Shown here piece after piece: positions 59,753 through 64,000 of a stretch of 64,000 nt of DNA. Each line of letters opens with the position of its first letter. Within the stretch, counting starts at the first letter, position 1. The position numbers were made by a program, and so were the translations under genes. Origin of the DNA: Entomortierella parvispora E1425 (lineage: Eukaryota; Fungi; Mortierellomycota); assembly GCA_020891255.1 (NCBI GenBank), contig BQFW01000011.1, forward strand, positions 62,001 through 126,000, in the 5' to 3' direction. The notes beneath the pieces were generated by a model. The model made no database searches and was not told the origin of the DNA. It saw nothing but the letters and a program-made list of their open reading frames with translations.

Positions 59753-60579
59753 GATTTTGATTAGAGAAGTAAGAAAATATTTTTTTGTTCTTTGCGGGGG
59801 TGCCGCCTTTTTATCCTGTCCCCTCCCACAACTCCCCACGGAGAAGAGACTTAAAGAAAGAGTGATTGGGGGCAATTGCAGGGCGATCGACCAATTGTAT
59901 CTCGCTCACGAGCGGTTGGAGAAGCCCCCCCCGTGGTCCAGTGGAGTGAACTCAAAAACAAGGTTGCACGGCAAGTGGTGTGTCCCACGACAAAGTTTGG
60001 CCATTCCGCCTAGATTTGAAGCTTTTGGACTCATGTTCGGTCTCAGCTTTTTTGTATGTGTGTGCGGGGTTGAACAAACGAGAGCACAAAGCCCTTCCAG
60101 GACGTCTTATCGTTATCATTTGCGTAACTTGTAGCTTATTTTGTTTACTTTTGCACCCTCAACTCCAATCTCCCCTAAACGCAACGACAATTATCTGTGC
60201 TCATTTGCATCGTTCACTGAAGTGTGGGGATACAGTGGGGGTCTGGAAACGACCGTTGCTGAAGACGAACCCGTCACCCCTTTGGGGCATTCGCTCTCGC
60301 CCAGCCTTCTTCTGTCTTCTGAAACAGAGGGCAGAAACTAGGGAAGCTGATAGGTTGGCTAAGAGGCCGAGAACATGCGAGCATTTGAAGAAGGTGAAAC
60401 GCAGCTGTTGGCCATCGTGGAGAAGATTCTAATCCAGACCACAAAAAAAAAAGAGGAAATATGGAAATGCTCGCTTCAGTACCTTCAAGAAACGTTGGCC
60501 GTTCACACAGCGCACACAGGTGAAAAGACTCGACAAGGTTGGTACAGGGCAAAAGTGCCAGGGTCGAATAAAGATGAAT

Positions 60580-61090
60580 CGGTGAACTTGTACCAGTCAT
60601 CCCCCACGATGAGGTCTATCCAACAAAACTCGAAGGAAGACAGTCGAGCGGGTTATCATGGAGCTATCATTCGCCAAAGATACAAACAATCCACATGGGC
60701 CAGAACCAATTTACAGTATGGGAAAGACGGCCCAAGAGCACGGAATCACATGCAGCACCATTGCTCCTTCCACTTGTACAACCACACGTTCTCTACGATG
60801 GGGCCTATTCAACAAAGCTCGAGGGAAGACAATTGGCCTGGTTCTCATGGAGCCATCATCCACCAAAGATAAATAAAAATAGCCTATCTCCTATATCATT
60901 GTACCTTGTACGCACTTTTTTTACATGGGCTAGAACAAATTGTGGGAGGGACCGCTCTTGGAGACCCATGCTCCCCCAATCACATGCATTCACATTGCTC
61001 CTTCAATTCAAGTCCTAGAGTCTTGAAACTTGCACCACACGTCCTCCTCGATGGTGCCCATCCAACAAAGCTAAAGGGAAGGAGATAGGA
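60580..61090 (+). repeat. Degenerate multi-unit repeat, related to 56140-56340
   Basis: Recurring CATTGCTCCTTC..., GATGG.GCC.AT.CAACAAAGCT...GGGAAG and CATGGAGC.ATCAT. GCCCATCCAACAAAGCTAAAGGGAAG is shared exactly with 56141-56166. Confidence 0.7.
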
Positions 61091-61188
61091 CCATCACTCT
61101 TCGAGTTGTCACCCACCAAGCAAAAAAAAAAATGCTTATTTTTACATGGGTCTGGCGCAGACTCCTTTTTGCATGAGCCTAGCAGGGT

Positions 61189-61220
<32 letters not shown>

Positions 61221-61228
61221 AAACAATG

Positions 61229-63038
61229 TAGAGACCATGCCAAAAACATCCATACCTCTGATTTGAATGTCCGGTTTCATATGGATCTCCACCCCTTAAT
61301 AAAAGTTATGACTTTTCGCGCACTCAAGGGGAGAAAGGGACGCCACTCAGCTCTCTGGAGATGCAACTCCCATCTCTCTACCATGTCGGATCCTCGATTT
61401 AAACGGAATGCAGCACGACTGACTCGTAATGAATACTGCATTCTGGCGAACGTCCAAAGCTACTTGAATGGGACTGGGGCCTTCCACGAGCACCGTGGCA
61501 AAGTCACCGCCCGCAAGCGTCTTGCCCTCATAACTGGGATCGGTTCAGATACGGCGCGGAAAGCTATTCAGTTTTATAACGGCGTGGGGGAGGTTTCGGA
61601 GAAACGCATTGGTCGACCAAAACACATCATTGAGACTGACTTGGGCGCAGCCATTCGAGAATTTGTGTTGGCATGCAACAAAGATGGAGTGCCTGTGACA
61701 ACGAATCTAGTTTTGAAGGAGCTGCGGGAAAAACACGGTATCGTTTTCGCGAAGCGAACCTTGGTCCGTCGATTAAAACGGCTAGGTCTTCATTACGGCA
61801 AAGGAAGCAGGAGGAATATCCTCCATGACTCCCAAGCGGTGATCGACTATCGTGATGTTTACATCGAGCGTCGCCTCTCGAATCTGAACCCCAAGGGTCT
61901 TCCAATTGTTCCTGAGGTGTTCCTTGATGAGTCATATTGTCATCTAGACCATCACAGTCTTCGGACATGGTTGCCTTCTGGAGGCTCTGTCAATGAGCGA
62001 GGACGAAAGCCAATGCTTGTCATTTTCGGTGCATTCGTGGTATTCCGAGTTGACAACAAGCTCAGGGCAGAGCTCGTCAAGAAAAGCATCCTCATCTGGC
62101 CGGTCAAGGGTCAATTGCGTGGTCGAGAGGGTGGACGTGCCGCAGACAACGAGCTATGGAAGACTGTTCCTGATTTTTGTCCGAGAGGCGGGTATTGCCC
62201 CTGACTACCATGACTACCACGGTAACTTTGATGCGGATCTGTTTGAGCGATTGTTTGAGGCTCTGTGCACAACACTCCATGAAGACTATGGGCCTTGTCA
62301 CATTCACATGGATGGCGCCAAGTACCATGTCCGCGAAGAGAATCCAGTACCGAAAGCAAGCTCCTGTGTGAGAGATATCCATTCGTGGTTCGAAAAGAAT
62401 GGCATAGAGCTACCAACAAATGACCGGGGCAAGATCAAGTCTAGACTCGAGCTTCTTGAGCACATCAAAGGTCTCAACATCCCCAAGACCTTTGCTTCAT
62501 ACCGAATTGCACACGAATACGGACACACCATTTGCAAGACACCTCCGTATCATTGCGAGCTACAGCCGATTGAAATGGTCTGGGGAATGGTCAAGAACCC
62601 AATTGCAGCCAATCCTAACTTGGACGAGACTGAGCTGTCACTGCGAAACCGCCTTTTGGGACTCTTCGCTGGCATTCAGGAGTCACAGCTTATTGCTGTT
62701 TGGAAAAAGACTGTCCAGGTTGGGAGGGACTATCGGATTCTCTACGAAAGACGACTCGAAAACAATGAAAACTACAGTGAAAGTGACGATGATGACCGCG
62801 AATTTGATAGTGACACAGACAACAGTGAAATTTCTAGTGACGAGGAGGCATAGTATTTTCTATTTTTTTTCAGTACCATTGTTCTCAGTAGACATGACCC
62901 CAGTGAGTCCAGTCCATCATGGAACATCGTTTAGAGTCAATGAAGTTTTTAAAATCAGAAGAGAATAGAAAAAAAAAAGGCAGAGGGGTGTGAGAATTTA
63001 GGTTTTGTGAGGTATGGATATTTGTGGCAAGATCTCTA
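61229..63038 (+). mobile_element. IS630-Tc1-mariner element with DD86E spacing (Sailor-like), TIRs and TA flanks
   Basis: TA+GAGACCATGCCAAAAACATCCATACCTC (61229) and the inverted GAGGTATGGATATTTGTGGCAAGATCTC+TA (ending 63038), 4 mismatches. Transposase 61383-62853 has FLDES, HMDGAKYH, TPPYHCELQPIE, with one extra T at 62174-62178. Confidence 0.92.
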
Positions 63039-63044
63039 TTTAGT

Positions 63045-64000
63045 GACTGGCCATGGATACGCAGCCCATCCAAGGAACAAACTCTACTCATGGTCACATA
63101 GGCCTGCCGCGAGCAAAAGAGAGAATCCAACGACACCGAGACTCCCCCCAACGTGAGGCCCTGGCACCTATGAACCTGAATTGTATACGCAAGCTGCAGT
63201 GGGAACTGACGACGAGAGCGTCCTCCTTCTGAAAATGGTCCGGAGAACTGTTGCCAATCTGAACAAGGTCCCATCTTTCCGTCTGATGACAATCCGCAGC
63301 CCATCGTATCCGACCACGGTGGCCAACGTCCCGTTGATAACGTTGTGGAGGGCGCTGATATTGGATGCCACAATGACTTTGGCTCCGATAAACACCCGCA
63401 AACCCGTAGCAAGCCTATCTCGATCCAGTTCGAGAACGAGTGGCTGGTCGAGCGACTCTCTGGAGAATCCACCGCCATCAACTCGATCCTGTTTTGGGGT
63501 CTACTTCTTGTGTACACGGCGTTGTTCACTTGGTCCACCTCTGTCCTCCTGGATCTGAGCTCGGTGGCACCCCTTTGTAACGAAACATTGTAGCTGTTTT
63601 TCAGGATCTCCCAGGCATAGTTGTCCTCGTTGTGTCTGGGGCTGTCGCCGAATGATTGCAAAAAGGCAAAGAAAGGGCAGTCCTTGGCTTGACGGCACGA
63701 AGTGGACAGGGTGAGACGCGTAAAAGAATCAAAGTGGCCCGAACAAAAGATCCACTGGTCATGGTCGTCAATGTCCATCATCTCTCCGAGAATGGTGGTC
63801 TGCCTCGATCGTTGGAAGGGTCCCACTTGAGCCAGACCAGCAAAGATGACAAAACGAATGCCTCCAAAGGGCTCCACAACTTCCTGTTGGATGTCGACAC
63901 GTCCGAGATCCCCAAGGCATTGACTGATCTGATCCAGCATCTCTCCCGAGATCATCGAGCCCTCATCGACCACAAAGAGGGGCTTTTCCCCTTGGGTCCT
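63045..64000 (-). pseudogene. Helentron PIF1 helicase fragment running off the window
   Basis: VDEGSMISG, FGGIRFVIFA.LAQVGP, RRQFPLQLAY..QVHRCQGLTL. The 3' end is cut next to the Tc1/mariner TIR. Confidence 0.9.

Noticed and set aside
62174-62178. Homopolymer frameshifts (also 6475-6480) as proof of pseudogenisation or programmed frameshifting
   Set aside because: The window has many long A/T runs and such shifts may be long-read errors. Raw reads are needed to decide.

Overview
Eukaryotic, intron-containing fungal DNA. The GT-AG introns, F-box/LRR expansion type and OPT gene suggest a Mortierellaceae/Mucoromycota-like host, which is an inference. The window is a transposon-dense region. It holds five pieces of one Helentron/Helitron2-type family (HUH Rep plus PIF1 helicase), a piggyBac-like transposase remnant, a LINE remnant, a long-spaced Tc1/mariner (DD86E) element with TIRs, several TAG-terminated MITEs (two nested, with clear TSDs) and four degenerate 28S rRNA fragments. 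A few ordinary genes are stranded among these: an oligopeptide transporter, a hexose transporter, a WW protein, an F-box/LRR protein and small secreted or lipidated proteins. The main finding is three spliced JmjC genes of the DMM-1/Epe1-like anti-silencing type, none visible as a single ORF. Two of them sit directly downstream of the Helentron helicase on the same strand behind a near-identical spacer, and a third Helentron copy keeps the start of that spacer. This points to a rolling-circle transposon that carries its own candidate chromatin anti-silencing gene. All family assignments come from motifs read by eye; no database search was run.
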